This document shows, in pieces, positions 13,610-28,278 of a stretch of DNA of 64,000 nt. Where the stretch lies: contig NC_073400.1 in assembly GCF_028641065.1 (NCBI RefSeq), forward strand, positions 14,322,001 to 14,386,000. The letters run 5' to 3'. A program made the translations under genes and the position numbers. The stretch comes from Leucoraja erinacea (Eukaryota). The notes below the pieces were generated by a model. It was not told where the DNA came from. It saw only the letters and a list, made by a program, of their open reading frames with translations, and searched no databases. Within the stretch, counting starts at the first letter, position 1. Each line of letters starts with the position of its first letter.

Positions 13610-13917
13610 TTTAGGTTAGAGATACAGAGCAGAAACAGACCCTTTGGCCCACCGAGTCCGCACCGACCAGCGATCCCCACACACTAGCACTATCCTACAT
13701 ACACTAGGGGTAATTTACCAATTTACTGAAGCCACTTAAACTACAAATATGTATGTCTTTGAAGTGTGGGAGGAAACCAGAGCATCTGGAGAAAATCCAC
13801 GCAGGTCACGGGGAGACCGTGCAAACTCCATACAGATAGCCCCTGTGGTCAGGATCGAACCTGGGTCTCTGGCGCTGAAAGGCAGAAACTCTAACATTGC
13901 GCCACTGTGCCGCCCCT
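13610..13917 (-). mobile_element. tRNA-derived V-SINE; other minus copies at ~3940-4250, 14520-14835, 16690-17460 (interrupted), 23290-23582, 25165-25440, 26115-26330, 50600-50775, 63315-63642
   Basis: The reverse complement shows GGGGCGGCACAGTGGCGCA, GGTTCGATCC, the V-domain and the CR1-type tail. Confidence 0.87.
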
Positions 13918-16727
13918 AATAACATAAGATGTTATTTATTTGCTTCAAAGTCATTGTAGAATTTGCAAAGAGAAATTTCTGTCATAATGTTATCAATAAT
14001 GGCTAACTACATTTGTTTTCCTCATTTATTTTCTCCTATATAGATTGAAAGGTAATGTTCATTTATATTCCTGATGTGTTTTTTTTATGAACTAAACCCA
14101 TTAAGGAATGTGGAGAAAATGTGTATGACAGATCCCATGAGAAAATCACTAACTGAGTGGAGGGACTGGTTCTAGGAGCCTGTGCCTGCTGCATCTACAG
14201 TTCGATGAACAGTCAACTCCTTCGTAGCTGCTACCCACATTCAACAAATCAACCTGTATCATATCACATCAAACTTCAAGTTCCAGTTGACTTACTCAAT
14301 CTGTTCTCAGCTCGCTCGATTGTTCTGTGATAATCATAGGTCAATTCAGAGTTTAGTTTAATTTAGGTTAGAAATACAGCCTGGCCACAGGCCCACTCCA
14401 CACAGACAGCAGCCGAGGTCTGGGTCTTTGGTGCTGTGAGGCAGCAGCTCTACCGGCTGTGCCATTGTGCAATTGTGGAAGATTAATATTGACAGGTCCT
14501 CATTACTCTTTTAGCTTTCATTTATAGATACAGCATGGAGATAGGTCCTTCGGCCCACCGAATCCTCGTCGACCATTGATCACTCGTTCATGCTAGTTCT
14601 GTGTTTTCCTACTTTCGTATCGACTCCCTACAGTCGAAGGGTAATTTACAGAGGATGTTTAACCCACAAACCTGCACGCCTTTGGGTTGTGGGAGGAAAC
14701 CAGAGCGAACAGCGGAAACCAATGTGTTCACAGGGAGAATGTACAAACCACACAGAGAGGACCCGAGGTCGTGATCGAACCCAGGACTCTGGTGCTGTGA
14801 GGCATTGGCTCTACCTGCTGTGTCATTGTGTCGTCACCTAAACATTATTTCTGCTTTATCTAATTTGATTCTTTTCTCCCTTCAGTCCACTTTCCCCATC
14901 ACTGCACCTACTTAGAAACTGGCATATCTGAAAAAAGGTTACAGTAGTTGTTGGTTTGAAACACAACTGCTTTCTGATCTGCTGAATATGCGCAGCATGT
15001 TATTCTTGAGATAGACACAAAATGCTGGAGTCCTTCTTCTCCCCTCTCCCATCAGGCAAGAGGTATGGAAGTGTGAAAACACAGATTTCCAGATACATGG
15101 TTTCTTCCCGACTGTTATCAGGCAACTGAACCATTATATCACCAACCAGAGAGCAATCGTGAGCTACTATCTTCCTCATTGAAGACCCCCAGACTATCTT
15201 CGATCGGACTTCACTGGACTTTATCTTACACTAAATGTCATTCACGCTATTCCCTTTATATTGTGTCTCTACACCGTGGATGGCTCGATAGTAATCATGA
15301 ATTGTCTTTCCGCAGACTGGTTAGCACGCAACTAAATCTTTTCACTGTACAGGCGACAATAAACTAAACTCGACTCAACTCAAAATGGATAAGTAACATT
15401 TCGGGGTTGGGACTCTTCTTCAGACAGAATTCTTTAATTATTAAGAAAGTAATTCTTAAATCACTTTTCATGCTGTGTTAAAGAGTAAATGGGGAAGTGA
15501 ATAAATCTAATTAAGATTCATATGTCTTTAATTAAGGAGATAATTGAATATTGTGGAATACACTAGTTCCTAGATTATTGATAAAATGGAAAAGCAAGCA
15601 ACAAAAATATACAAAGAAGAAATACAAAATTATTAAATTTTGTTTAATTTGAACCTCTGATCAAGTCACGTCAAGTTGAGTTATGGTTACATGTACAAGA
15701 GCAGAGCAGTACACATACATTGCTTGCAGCAGCAACACAAGCACATAGACTCAGGCAACCGAAAAAAAGAATTATGCATAAATTACATAAATTCTAATTG
15801 AAAATACATAATCTCTACAGGACATTGGAAAGAAAAAAAAGGAAAACAATAACGTTTCTGCAAAACGCAATTAGAAAACAAGGGCAGCACAGTGGCGCAG
15901 CTGGAGAATTGCTGCCTTACGGCGCCAGAGATCCCGGTTCGATCCCGACTATGGGTGTTGTCTGTACGGAGTTTGTACGTTCTCGCTGTGACCGCGTGGG
16001 TTTTTTCCAGGTACTCCGGTTTCTCCAAAAGTTTGTAGGTTAATTGGCTTCTGTAAATTGTGTTTAATTTGATCTAATTAGATCTAATTTGCATTCTATG
16101 TGTTGTGAGGGGATGGCAGATTAAATTAAGCAGTCAGGTCATGGATGTTGAGTGTCAGGAGAGAGGCATCAGAGACCAACAAAATTTAGCTGCTGAATGT
16201 TTCTATAATCCTGTATGATGATGAGCCGTAGTTTTCCTGTTAACTTAGAATGCCCACCATCGAAGGGATCTACAGAGGGCGCTGTCTCAAAAACGCAGTC
16301 AGCATCATCAAGCATCCACACCACCCTGGCCACACTCTCATTTCATTCCTGCCATTGGGAAAAATGTACATGAGACCAAAAACTATAATGTTCAGGACCA
16401 GCTTCTTCCCATCGACCATCAGACTATTGAACACTAAGAACTCCAACTAAACTACGAACTACAAACTACGCTATGGCTGCACTAGAGATTTCAGGCTTTG
16501 TTTTGTTTGGTCACTCTATTGTTTTTTTAAATTTATTTAACTTTTTCTTTTCAGTTTATAAACCTGTTGTTCTACTGCTGCAAGTAGGAATTTCAGTATT
16601 CCATTTTGGTACATATGACAATAGAACAACTTTGATTCTTGGCACTTGACTCTTAAAGTGTAAGATTTAGTGGTCCCAAATTTAGTTCAGATTAGTTTAG
16701 AATTGTAGCATGGAAATAGGCCTTTCA

Positions 16728-17195
16728 ATACAATACAATACAACGGTTTATTTGTCACATTGCACAAAAAGTGCAAGTGAAATGATACGTCAGCAGCGAT
16801 ACAATGATAAAGGGCACACACAAAAACACAATAAATTTTTAACATAAACATCCACCACAGAATTCATCACTGTGGTGGAAGGCACACAATTTGGCCAGTC
16901 CTCCTCCATTTCCCCCCGTGGTCGGGACCTCAACCCTCTGCAGCCGTTGCTGCGGGCGACCAGATGGTAAAAGGACAAGGTACAAGTCCAGGTAAGTCCA
17001 GAGTCGGCTCCTCCCCACCGGAGACCGCGGCTTTTAGTTGGTGTAGGCCGCAGGCCGGCGGCCGAAGATTTAAAGTTCCCTCCACGTCGCAGCCGTAAGC
17101 ACCGCAGTCTGCAGGGCCGGCGGTCGAAGCTCCCCTCCAGGGGTGATGTTAAGTCCATACCGGACCCGCGGTAGAAGATGGCCGCGGGCCGGCGG
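16728..17195 (-). mobile_element. GC-rich non-coding retroposon with Rex1-type tail (family A), inserted in a SINE
   Basis: Minus-strand 3' end TGTGACAAATAAAC + (TATTG)n; TTTCA occurs at both junctions; shares GTAGGCCGCAGGCCGG and the CCACCACAG/CTGTGGTGG hairpin with 10595-11225. Confidence 0.7.
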
Positions 17196-18864
17196 TTTCA
17201 GCCCACTGAGTCCATGCTGACCATCGATTACCCTTTCACACAAGTTCTAGGTTTTCCCACTTTTCCCATCCACTCCTTTTACATTTGGGGAAATTTCACA
17301 GATGCCAATTAATCTATAAACCGGCACATCTTTTGGATTTGGGAGGAAATCCACAGGGAGTACATGCAAACTCCACACAGGCATCACCTGTTGTCAGGAT
17401 GAAGCCCAAGCCTCTGGCACTGCAAGGCAGCAGCTCCACCCGCTGCTCAACTGTGATACCCCCATTACATCCGCACTTCCTTACATTACAAAAGATAACA
17501 GTTCCTTTAATGGATCCTTGGTAACATTGATTGGGAATGAGTGATCCTTTAATTACCATTAGAAGAATTTAGTATTATTTCCTGATGCGTTTTCTAGATG
17601 CAACTTAACACATTTACTTTTAAAATGTAATGAAAGTTTGATCTCTCCAGTTGAATGATCAACGACTGGTTGAAATGTTATCATAGTTTTAATTTTCAAA
17701 GACAGCTTAATTAAAACCCTATGGTCAAAATGTTTCAGATTTCTTTCCCTGTGATTTATTGCTTTGATTTGTTAGAACTTGTTTCCATTTATTTACTTTT
17801 CCAATTAAATGGCTTGGCTTCAGTTCAAGGGAATAAGCAGAGAATTGTGGTTTGCTAGACCACAACAGCATGAAAGTGAGGAAAATAGCTTGTCTAATGG
17901 GAATGTACATCACAGCATAAATTATTGTCAAATTACTGTTGGGTAAACAGATTATAAAATAGTTTACAGATCAATAGCTGGATCATATTCATATCTGGTG
18001 AAACGAGATTGAATCAAAATGTTGCTTGCAGACAATAAATCAATCAGGGTAGTGATGAGGGAAGATTAATGATGTGACTCATCAAATGTGTTAAAGTGAA
18101 ACGTGTTGTATTCTATCAAAGGTAAGTTACCAAGTGTATAGGATTTAACAATTGTAATAATCTTTCAAACAATTTTGCCTCAGAATGTATTAGGAAAGTT
18201 GGTGGAAAGTACTAATAACTGAATTGAATTACTAAAGTATAATTTTATTTTATAACCTGATTTTTTAATTTTACTTTAGACTTCAGACTTTAAAGATACA
18301 GCATGGAAATAGGCCCTTCGGCTCACCGAGTCCTCGCCAGGCAGCTCTATATACTGGCTCTATCCTACACAGTAGGGACAATTTACAATTAACAGCAGCA
18401 CGGTGGCGCAGGGTGAGAGTTACTGCCTTACATCGCTTTCAGCGCCAGAGACGCGGGTTCAATCCTGACTACAGTAGCTGTCTCTACGGAGTTTGTACAT
18501 TTCCCCCATGATCATGTGGGTTTCTTCAATTTCCTCCCCCACTCCAAAGATGTACAGGTTTGTAGGTTAATTGGCTCGGTATAAATGTAATAAATGTAAA
18601 TTGTCCCCAGTGTGTGTAGGGTAGTGTTAATGTGTGGGGAATGCTGCTTGGTGCAGAGACGGTGGACCGCAGGGCTTGTTTCCACGCTATATCTCTAAAA
18701 CTAAAGAAGCCAATTAACCTAAAAACCTGTATGCCTTTGGAGTGTGGGAGGAATGCTATACATAAATACAATCAAGTCAAACTCAAGTACATTAGAGAGA
18801 GCAAAGGGGAAGGTACAGAGTGCAGGATCTAGTTCTTAGCATTGCAGCACATCAGTTCCAGGGA

Positions 18865-19070
18865 TACCGAAGAAAGACACAAAATGCTGGAGTAACTCAG
18901 CGGATCAGGCACCACCTCTGGAGTAAAGGAATAGGTGACTTTTTGGGTCGAGACCCTTCTTCAGTTGAAACGTCACCTATTATTTTTCTCCAGAGATGCT
19001 GCCGAACCCGTTGACTTACTCCAGCATTTTGTATTTATCTTCAGTGTAAACCAGCATCTCCAGTTCCATC
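18865..19070. mobile_element. Penelope-derived fold-back element
   Basis: AGACACAAAATGCTGGAGTAACTCAGCGG...ATAGGTGAC inverted against GTCACCTAT...TTACTCCAGCATTTTGT, followed by the tail. Confidence 0.8.
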
Positions 19071-19619
19071 CTCCACGCTTTTGGAGTAAATATCTAAGTC
19101 CACTTTATATCATGAGAACATTTAGAAATGTTGCCAGATCTACAGGTAGAGGAGAGATTTGAAAGAGTGATTGCCTCAGATGACAATAGATCCTTCTCTG
19201 AGACTAGCATGTAAAGAGTCGACACACTCCAGTGCCATTTTAGTGTTTGGAATTTTATCAAGGACATTGAGCTATGCTGGGATAGGCTTTCTGTTTTTAT
19301 CTGACTCAAGCACTGATCAACAAATCCAAGAATCATACAAATATTTCAGCAGGTAGACCTTGGGCAAGAAATTAGAAGTATATAGAATTTGCAAGAATAG
19401 TGAAAAATGAAGAGTGTTCGGAGTCGAGAGTATTTCATTGTCATATGTCCCGCAACTTGCAGCAGCACAACAGATATATAAACACAGCACTCAGTAAACA
19501 CCATAATAAACAACAACAAAAAGTTTGCCTCTCTCTCTGACGTGAGTTCTGTAAGATTTCCCCTCTGTGATTCCTGCTGCTCTCCGATTCTATCATTGTG
19601 CTTTAATCCAGACTTCGGT

Positions 19620-19647
19620 CTGAAGAAGGGTTGCAACCCGAAACGTC
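19620..19647 (+). ncRNA. Putative minimal hammerhead ribozyme core in a Penelope-derived element (~19610-19715)
   Basis: CTGAAGA-A-GGGTT GC AACCC-GAAACGTC; helix II shows a compensatory pair relative to the 12833 copy; short helix I GGT/ACT. Confidence 0.62.
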
Positions 19648-22600
19648 ACTCATCCTTTCTCTCCAGAGATACTGCCTGACACGTTGAGTTACTCCAGCAC
19701 TTTGTGTCCATCTTCACTAGAAAAAGTTCAATATATTTATATAATAAAATAACCGAAACAAACAATAGTAGCGCGTAGACAAAAACAGTGCTCCCAAGTC
19801 TACTGTATGTAGTTTGGGGCATAATTGGAGGTTGTAGTGTTTAATAGCATGATGGGTGTAGGTTTGGCATCTTTGTTTGATGACAGTAATAAGAAAGATT
19901 CACCACCTGAATGATTGATGACTTTCTTCCAAAGATGTGTCTAATTTGATATAGCCAGCAATTTTAGATTATTTTTGTATTTCCATATCATGAAACCTCT
20001 TTGAACTGTGACTTCAATTAATACCATGCATAATTACCAACCCATTTCCTTCCCAATTGCTTTCCATGACAGTGATGTACATCTGTAGGGGAAGACCTGC
20101 AAATGAAAACCATCCATAGATTGTTAATGCTGACGACAGTAGTGTCTCCTAGAGATAAGTAATATTTCACAATTAGTTTAGCATAAATCTGCAATGAAAT
20201 TGCTGTTAACTTGTTTGATGAAGATAGACACGAAATGCTGGAGTAACACAGCGGGTCAGACAGCACCTCTGCAGAAAAGGAATGGGTGACGTTTCGGGTC
20301 GAGTCTCTGCTTCAGATGAAGAGTTGCAGGAGAAGGAAATTAGAGGTTACGAAAAGGTACAGAACAAATCAGAGCCAGCACTACTCACTCAAGAAATGTG
20401 GCACGTGGTGGTACATGGGTAGGATAGGTTTAGAGGGATATGGACCAAATGAAGGAAGATGGGACTAATGTAGATTGGGCATGTTAGTCAGCATGGGCAA
20501 GTTGGGCTGAAAGGCCTGTTTCCACGCTGTATGGCTCTATCGCTCAGCTAACATGACATTTACCTTCATAAGACCAGCTTTTTGCCAAAGTTTACATCTT
20601 GACATGAAAAGCCAAAAACCCTTGGAATTACAGAGACTAATTTATGCAGGGGCACTTGTAAATAATTGAAAGAACAAATGTTGCAGTGTAGTAGCTGCCA
20701 CTTGTTAGCCTCTTTGGCAATTCATAGCTTAAGGAAAAAGTATCCATATTACATCTAAATTAATCCCCCTCAAGAGGAGGAGTAATGGATCTCCAACAGA
20801 CTATTGGTAAGTTTTCCTTTATGATTGTCTTCCTTTCTCTCCAGAAGCGAATCAAGGAATTTGGGTATGGTGCAGGGAAGTGGTGCAGAGGTACACAACA
20901 GATCAGAAACAAGGACTGTATGTCCTACTCCTGCTCTTATCTCTAATTGTGATAGTACCTGCATATGAAAGAAAACATGACAGTTAAACTCTGAAGCAAA
21001 ATCTGGTCCTATTTGGAACAAGTAAACACAAGGAACTGCAGCTGCTGGAATCGTGCAGAGACCACAAAGTGCTGGAGTAACTCAGTGAGTCAGGCAGCAT
21101 GTCTGGAGGGTATATACAAATGATGGAGCAACTTAGCGGATCATGCAGCATCTCTGGAGGACATGGATAAGTGATGTTTTGGATCGGGACCTTTCTTCAG
21201 ACTGATTGACTAAATCATCTATCCGTGTCCTTCAGAGATGCTACCTGACCTGCTGAATTCCTCCACCTTTGCATCCTACCAATTGTAAGTACATTTACTT
21301 CAGCTTTCTTGGCATGGTAATGGTAATAGACAATCAGAGATTGTGCTTGGCTGTCATAATGATCTTCTGGTTATGCAAATGTGAACAGAGAATGGTCTAG
21401 TGTATAATTCATGGTAGGCCTAAGGGCCTAACCAATGAACAATTCTATAACTATCTCCTGTTGAACTAGAGGACATAATTACAGCCAGTTTCCCTGAAGG
21501 AAGTGCAACTCAGAATTTATTGGCAGGAAGTAGCAAACATAGATGCCGCAAAATAACAGTAGGACCAACAGATAATGGCGGAAATTATCAATTCCGTCAT
21601 TCTCAATCATGCAACATGCGTAAACTCAAATTAGTGTCACTCATTCTCTCTGGAGCAATGGCATTCCTCATCGTTTCTAAAACCAATTTAAGTTGTGTTT
21701 GCCTGTAACTATTCCAACTACATTACACTTCACCTTAATTGGGGTGGTCTAGATTTAACTGGCAGACGTTCTCAGTAAGGTTGGCTTCAACAATGCGTAT
21801 CGCCCATGAAAAGCACAATTAGAGTTAGCTGGGCTTACATATTACCACCCAAGGATTGTCTTGCTGCCTGCATTAAGTTAAACGGTCACAAGTTAATTAA
21901 ACATTGTTAATCCTCATCATTCTGTAGATTTACTAGCATCCTTTAATTGGATGTATTTTTTCATCCAAGATCTTATAAAATATCCCATTGTGTGGCTGGG
22001 ATTTTGTTTTTGCTTCTTCGGGGACTGTGGAATTTACAATGCTATTTAATTCTCCATCTGCATGTCTCCGTAAATTGTTATATGATTCAGTTGCGGAGAA
22101 TAAATATCGATTTAACTTATGCATATATTTCCTGCCTATATCTGCTTAATGTTGCTGTCAGAACCTGCAGTCTTAAAGGTTTACAAACTGCAACGTTTCT
22201 TAGAAGACTCAAGGAACTGAAGATGCTGGAATCTTGGGAAGAACACAAATGCTGGAGTAACTCAGGGGGTCTGACAACATCTCTGGAGGACACGGAAAGG
22301 TGACGTTTCGAGTTTGGACCCTTCCTCAGACTCCCGTGGATAGGTGATGTTTTGAGTCAGAACAGAAAGCAGATTTTCCCACCCCCAGGAGAGTTTAATA
22401 GAACAGTGCTTCACAAGCCTTTCAGCCCACGACGCCTGTGCTAAACATGATGCCAAGACCATCTATTATCTACCTGCACATAGCCAATAACCCTCCATAC
22501 CCTGCATTCACACGTCTACCCAAAATAATTTTAAATGCCACTGTTGCATGTACCTCAACCACCAACCCTGACAACACATTCCAGGTACTCGCCAATGTCT

Positions 22601-22670
22601 GTGTAAAAAAAAACTTGCCTCGAACATCTCCTTTAAACTTTGCCCCTCTCACCTTATAGCCATTCCCTTA

Positions 22671-22883
22671 AAGGGCCTGTCCAATGAGCATGCGCCTGCA
22701 TGCGGCAAGCGCGACCCAATGTGGTCGCTTGAGCCGTACGGCATGCGGCAAGCGCAACCAAACCAGAAGCGGGAGCCGCACGGAGGTCGAGTGAGTGACA
22801 CGGTGTTGAGTCGGCTGCGGGTGGGACCGGCCCTTTAGGTCGCTCTTGCCGCATGGAGTTGCATGCTCGTGGGACAGGCCCTT
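22671..22883. mobile_element. MITE (non-autonomous DNA transposon), 213 bp, ~46-bp TIRs, TA-flanked
   Basis: AAGGGCCTGTCCAATGAGCATGCGCCTGCATGCGGCAAGCGCGACC matches the reverse complement of the right end at 40/46 positions. TA at 22669-22670 and 22884-22885. It interrupts a CR1 3' fragment. Confidence 0.85.
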
Positions 22884-24427
22884 TAGCGTTTGATTCTTCC
22901 ACCCTGGGAAAACATTTCTGACTGTCTATCCTTTCTATGGCTCTCATAATTGTGGATGTTTGTAAGCCACCTGGAAATAATTTACACCATCAACTCACCT
23001 GAATTGAGGACTAGTTCCACAACCAGAGTCTGAAGAAAGGGTCCAGAACAAAACATCACCTATCCATGTTCTCCCGACCTGTTGAGTTACTCCAGCACTT
23101 TGTGTCCTTTTGTGCAAACCAGCATCTGCAGTTCCTTGTTTCAACATTAATTCCAGATTTGCTTGGCCTTTAATGATTATTGGATTAATTGTTTTCTTTA
23201 ATTTGTTTTCAAATCTTTATAACTATTTTGTACATGTACATTTTGGAATTTAGAAAATTGCAGTGTTTTTCTGTGCCGATTATTCTTTTTTAGAGATACA
23301 ACATGGAAACTGGACCTTCAACCCACAGAATCTGTGATAACCAGCGATCCCCGTACACCAGTTCTTTCCTGCACACATGGGACAATTTACATAAACCAAT
23401 TAATTTACAAACATGCACGTCTTTAGAACGTGGGAGGAAACTGGAGCACCTGGAGAAAAGCCACGCGGTCACAGGGAGAACGTGCAAACTACGTACTAAC
23501 AGTCAACACCCTTAGTCAGGATCGAACACGGGTCTTGGTGCTGTAAGGCAGCAACTCTACTGCTGTGCCATTGTGCTGCCCTAAGGTCTGCTATTCCTTC
23601 AAGTTCTACTTGCAAACTTTACAACATGCTTTCATTGGAGCACTGATTTGGTATTGGCAGTAATTATATATCTGAGAAATCATAAGCCAGGCTGAACTAT
23701 TGGGACTGCCTCTTCTTCAGCAGTTTCTGGTGTATTGTGTGAGAGCTACAGAATGAGGCTTCGGTTCTGATGTGATTGAGATCAAATATCCTGCTGACAT
23801 CTCATTAGTTACACTGGCATATGAAGAATGACCACTTTATTAAAGCAGCCATGTGTCTCCAGCACCCGATGACTCTCACCAGCTATATTCATGTTTCAGG
23901 AGAAAAGTAAAGAATGAGGAGATAAGCATTCCAAAAAAAAAGCATTGCCAGTTTCCACAAATGCTTCACAATCACCCTTCCAATTTCTCTAAGTTTCAAA
24001 AATGATTGTCTGACCAGAATGAATACTAGGAATACCAAAAATATTGCATTTGTCAAAATTGTGTTTCCACTAGTGGGAGAGTCCAGGACCAGAGGCCACA
24101 GCCTCAAAATAAAACATTGTATCTTTAGAAAAGAGATGACGAAGAATCAGAGTTGTGAATCTGTGGAATTCATTGCCGCAGAAGGCTGTGGAGCCCAAGT
24201 CAATGGATATTTTTAAGGCGGAGATTGATAGATTTGTGATTAGTACCGGTGTTAAGGGTTAAGGGGAGAAGAGCCAAGAGTGTTTTATTGTCATATGTCC
24301 CAGATAGAACAATGAAATTCTTACTTGCTGCAGCACAACAGAATATGTAAACATAGTACACTGTAAAAAATATAATAAATGCGAGGGGAAAAAAGTACAG
24401 TGTGTATATATGCACATACTCACAAGT

Positions 24428-24436
<9 letters not shown>

Positions 24437-24468
<32 letters not shown>

Positions 24469-24486
24469 TTTATATATATATATATA
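24437..24486. repeat. (AT)n microsatellite
   Basis: Direct reading of the sequence. Confidence 0.9.
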
Positions 24487-27400
24487 CTTACACATACACA
24501 CTCAAAAAAAATCAATAGTAGTGCAATAATAATAATAATAATAATAGTCTATTGTAGTTCAGAGCTTATTTGAGGTTGTAGTGTTTAATATGTAATGGAC
24601 TGTTCGAACTACTTCCCTCTGACAGACGTTACAAGGCCTTCTACGCCCGAACCTCCAGACTAAGAAACAGCTTCATTCCCAGAGCTATAGCGGCTCTGAA
24701 CCGGCCCTGCTGAGTGCCCCCCATCCCACCTGGACTGTCTCCCTCAGATGGTCACGTCGCACAGTTTATTTATTTTTATTTTTTTTGACATCGGTTGGAA
24801 GCTGCATACCAAATCTCATTGCACTGATGTGCAATGACAATAAAATATATTATTATTATATTATTATTATTATTAGAAGTTCCACAGACCACAGTCCCAT
24901 GATGTCAATGACACCAGGCCAGCATTCGGAGCACTCCTCTCTGGCGACCCCCGGCAAGGTATCCCCATTGCCTTTGTCCTCTACCACAAGTCTGGGTTTA
25001 GATTTATTATTATCACATGTACCAAGGTACATTGAACAGCTTGATTTGCATACTATCCAGTCAAATCAAATAAAGCTATACACAAATATATGCAGGCCAA
25101 ACTCGTGCAATAACTAGAGCAAAGGGAAAGATCCAGAATGCAGAATATAATTCTCAGCATTGTAGTTTAGTTTAGAGGTATAGCATGGAAACAGGGCCTT
25201 TGGCCTATCGATCCCACATCGACTATCAATCACCCGTTCAAACAAGTTCTATGTTATCCCCACTTTCGTATCCATTCCCTACACATGCAATTTACGGAGG
25301 CCAAATAACTTACAAACCCGCACATATTTGTGATGTGAGAGGCACCTGGAGCAACCCAGGCAGTCACAGGGAGAACGTGCAAACTCCACACAGGTCAGGG
25401 ATCAAACCCAGGTCTCTGACACTGTGAGGCTCTACTAGCTGAAGCAAGAATTCCAGAGACAGAGTCCAATGACGTAGAAGAGAATTAGGCAATACCCCAG
25501 TTTGTCACCCTAACATCAACTATCCATTTTCTCCAGAGATGCTGCCTGACCCGCTGAGTTACTCCAGTATTTTGTTTCTGTCTTTGGTTTAAACCAGCAT
25601 CTGCAATTCCTTGTTATTATATTTTGTTTGCTAAATGCATCATTTGCACAGATCTCAGACTGAACAAAGACACTTTTGGTGTAACTTATATTCATGCATT
25701 AACTCTGTCTAACAAGCAACTTAACTATCTGATTTCTTCTGGAGCTGAAACTGATGACATGTCTTGCTTTTGTTTTGACAGATTTATTTTTGGAGATGAA
25801 CCTTTACATCAGATCCTCCTCTGATTAAAACCTTTGCTAGATAGCTTTCAGGTTTCTTTCTGTTGGGTAGCAATCCTCAAACAAAGGCCAATTAATCTGA
25901 CAAATGTGTTTTTTGGTTTCAATAAATATCACGCCACCTTTTAAAAGTGTCTCGCTTGTTGCTTTTGCCCTATGACATTGCCCGGCTCATTTTTCATTAC
26001 AAATTATTATTGAAGCTTCAGAACTGTTTGCAAATCCAATGGCCAACGCTCAATAGTTCAATGGTACTTTACGATCACTTGTACCTAGATACAGGGAAAT
26101 TTCTTCATGGCAGCTAGAGATACAGCATGGAAATAGGCCCTTCGGCCCACTGAGTCCCACGCCGGCCAGCATTCACACATACAACAGTTCGAACCAACAA
26201 ACTAGGGCATTTGTTATACAGAAATCAATTAATCTACAGACCTGGGAGAAAACTGGTGTACCTGAAGTAAACCCAGGTGAAAAAAACACAACTCCACACA
26301 GACAGCACCCATAGTCAGGATCGAACCCAGTCACTTTTTTGCATGGGGTTCAGTAACAATTTTGCTATACATGGGCACAATCATACTTAAGTTCAAGGCT
26401 GTAAGAATAGTAAATTACACTTAGGCAGTACACAAGGCACACCACATTTCTGCTGCCATCTTGTACCCTTCAAGGTCAAAGTTGTTAAAAATGTGGAGTC
26501 TTAACTTGGCCTTAAAGGCCCGTTGTCCTGGCGACGGCGCTGGGTTGGGGTTGCAGGGGTCGCTCTGGCCAGACGATGTTGTTGATGTCCTCCACCCACT
26601 GCTCCACTGCTCTGTGCCACTGCAGGCCATGTCTGACCCGTGCACTCGGCCTCTTGGAGCGGCACCCTTAGCAATCAAGCTCCAGGCTGCTGCATGGCCT
26701 TCACTGGCAAACTCTGCTGGTACCTCGATCTGGACATGTCGACCCACGAACGCAGCATTCCCTTGCCTCACACGGCCACTGCTCAGCCTCCCTGCCTCGG
26801 AGCACCTCTCACAGCCAACCTCACCAATCCCAGAGCACCTCTGTGGGCATGGTAGGAAAGATCCCACTGACACCATTTCTTTCATAGTCACACAGAATGG
26901 AAACAGGCCCTTTGGCCCGACTTGCCAATGCCGACTAACATGTCCCATCTGCCATAGTCTTTCCTGCCTTTGTTTGGCCCATATCCTTCTAAAGCTTTCC
27001 TATCCTTGTACCTGTCCAAATGTTTCTTAAATCATATGACAGTACCTGCCTCAAATACCTCCTCTGGCAGCATGTTCCATGCACCTACCACCTTTTGTGT
27101 AAAAAGGTTGCACTCAGGTTCCCATTAAATTTTGTACGTTCTTTCTGTGATTGGGCGTGGATGTTCTCTGGGTGCTCTGGTTTTCTCCCACGCTCCAAAG
27201 TGGTATAAATTTGTAGGTTAATTGGCTTAATAAAATTGTAAATTCTCCTGTGTAGGATAATTTTAGTGCATGGGGATCACTGTCCGGTGCGGACTCGGCG
27301 GGCTGAAGGGCCTGTTTCCGCACTGTGTCTCTAAAACTAAAACTACCTATCTATTTTTGATACAGAGCTTTCAGTGTCTGAGAAACATTGGCAAACACAG

Positions 27401-28278
27401 ACATTCTTCAGAGAAATTAATGGATCAACTGCAAATTAATCTTATAAATGTATATTAATCATATCATCATATTACTACAGTTCTCAATGTATGAATAGTT
27501 TTTGCTCATCTTTCTTAGATTGGATCTGCTTTTCTTCTGTTGCTTTTAAATTGTCGTGTTAACTTTGGCATGGAACAACACTCTAAGACAGAAGCAGATT
27601 AAGGCATTGTTTAGTTTAACAATTGAACCTTGGCTAATTGCTCAAATGATTAATGGCCAATTAATCATTATCTTTTTCCTCGTCATTTTTAAGGTAAGTG
27701 ATTTATTACCAGCTCAAGATAATAGATTAGGATTTTAAAGGTTGTTAATAAAGATGTTTTGGTTACATTTCCCACACATCTGATCACCCTGTTTATGAAT
27801 TTGTACTTTTTTTTAACAGTATAGGTTACTAGATTCAAGGCTTTCTTTCTTAATTTTGTTTCGTGTGAAATAGTTATTATCAACTTCCAGGTCTTTCAAA
27901 ATATTGTTTAATTAAATATTGTAAGAGAACAATTTTCACTCATATTGTAGGTGGAAGGTGTTTGGAGCAAGCTGCAAAGATGGTCATTAAGTCAGGTATT
28001 ATAACAGTATTTAAAAGACAGGTACATCGATAGGAAAGGTTTCAAGGGATATGGGCCAAATGGGCAAATGGGACTAGCATGGATGGGGCATCAAGGTTGG
28101 CATGGATGAGTTGGGCCAATAGACCTGGTTAAATTCTGTATATCTCCATTACCTGAAGACAGCAGCTGTTCTTCATCCATAGTGTTACACTTGGCTGGAC
28201 TAGGCCAACACAATACAGTTTAATATTCATCCTGACCAGATCCACCAAGATGCTGTGATATCGGAAGATTCTGCAGGT

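Noticed and set aside
18030-18127. Possible exon (TTGCAG acceptor ... AAG|GTAAGT donor)
   Set aside because: Stop codons in all three frames, so a coding exon is not supported.
26421-27030. 175-189 aa overlapping ORFs
   Set aside because: GC-rich repeat running into a CR1 tail; the frame is not preserved in the second copy at 29.9-30.3 kb.
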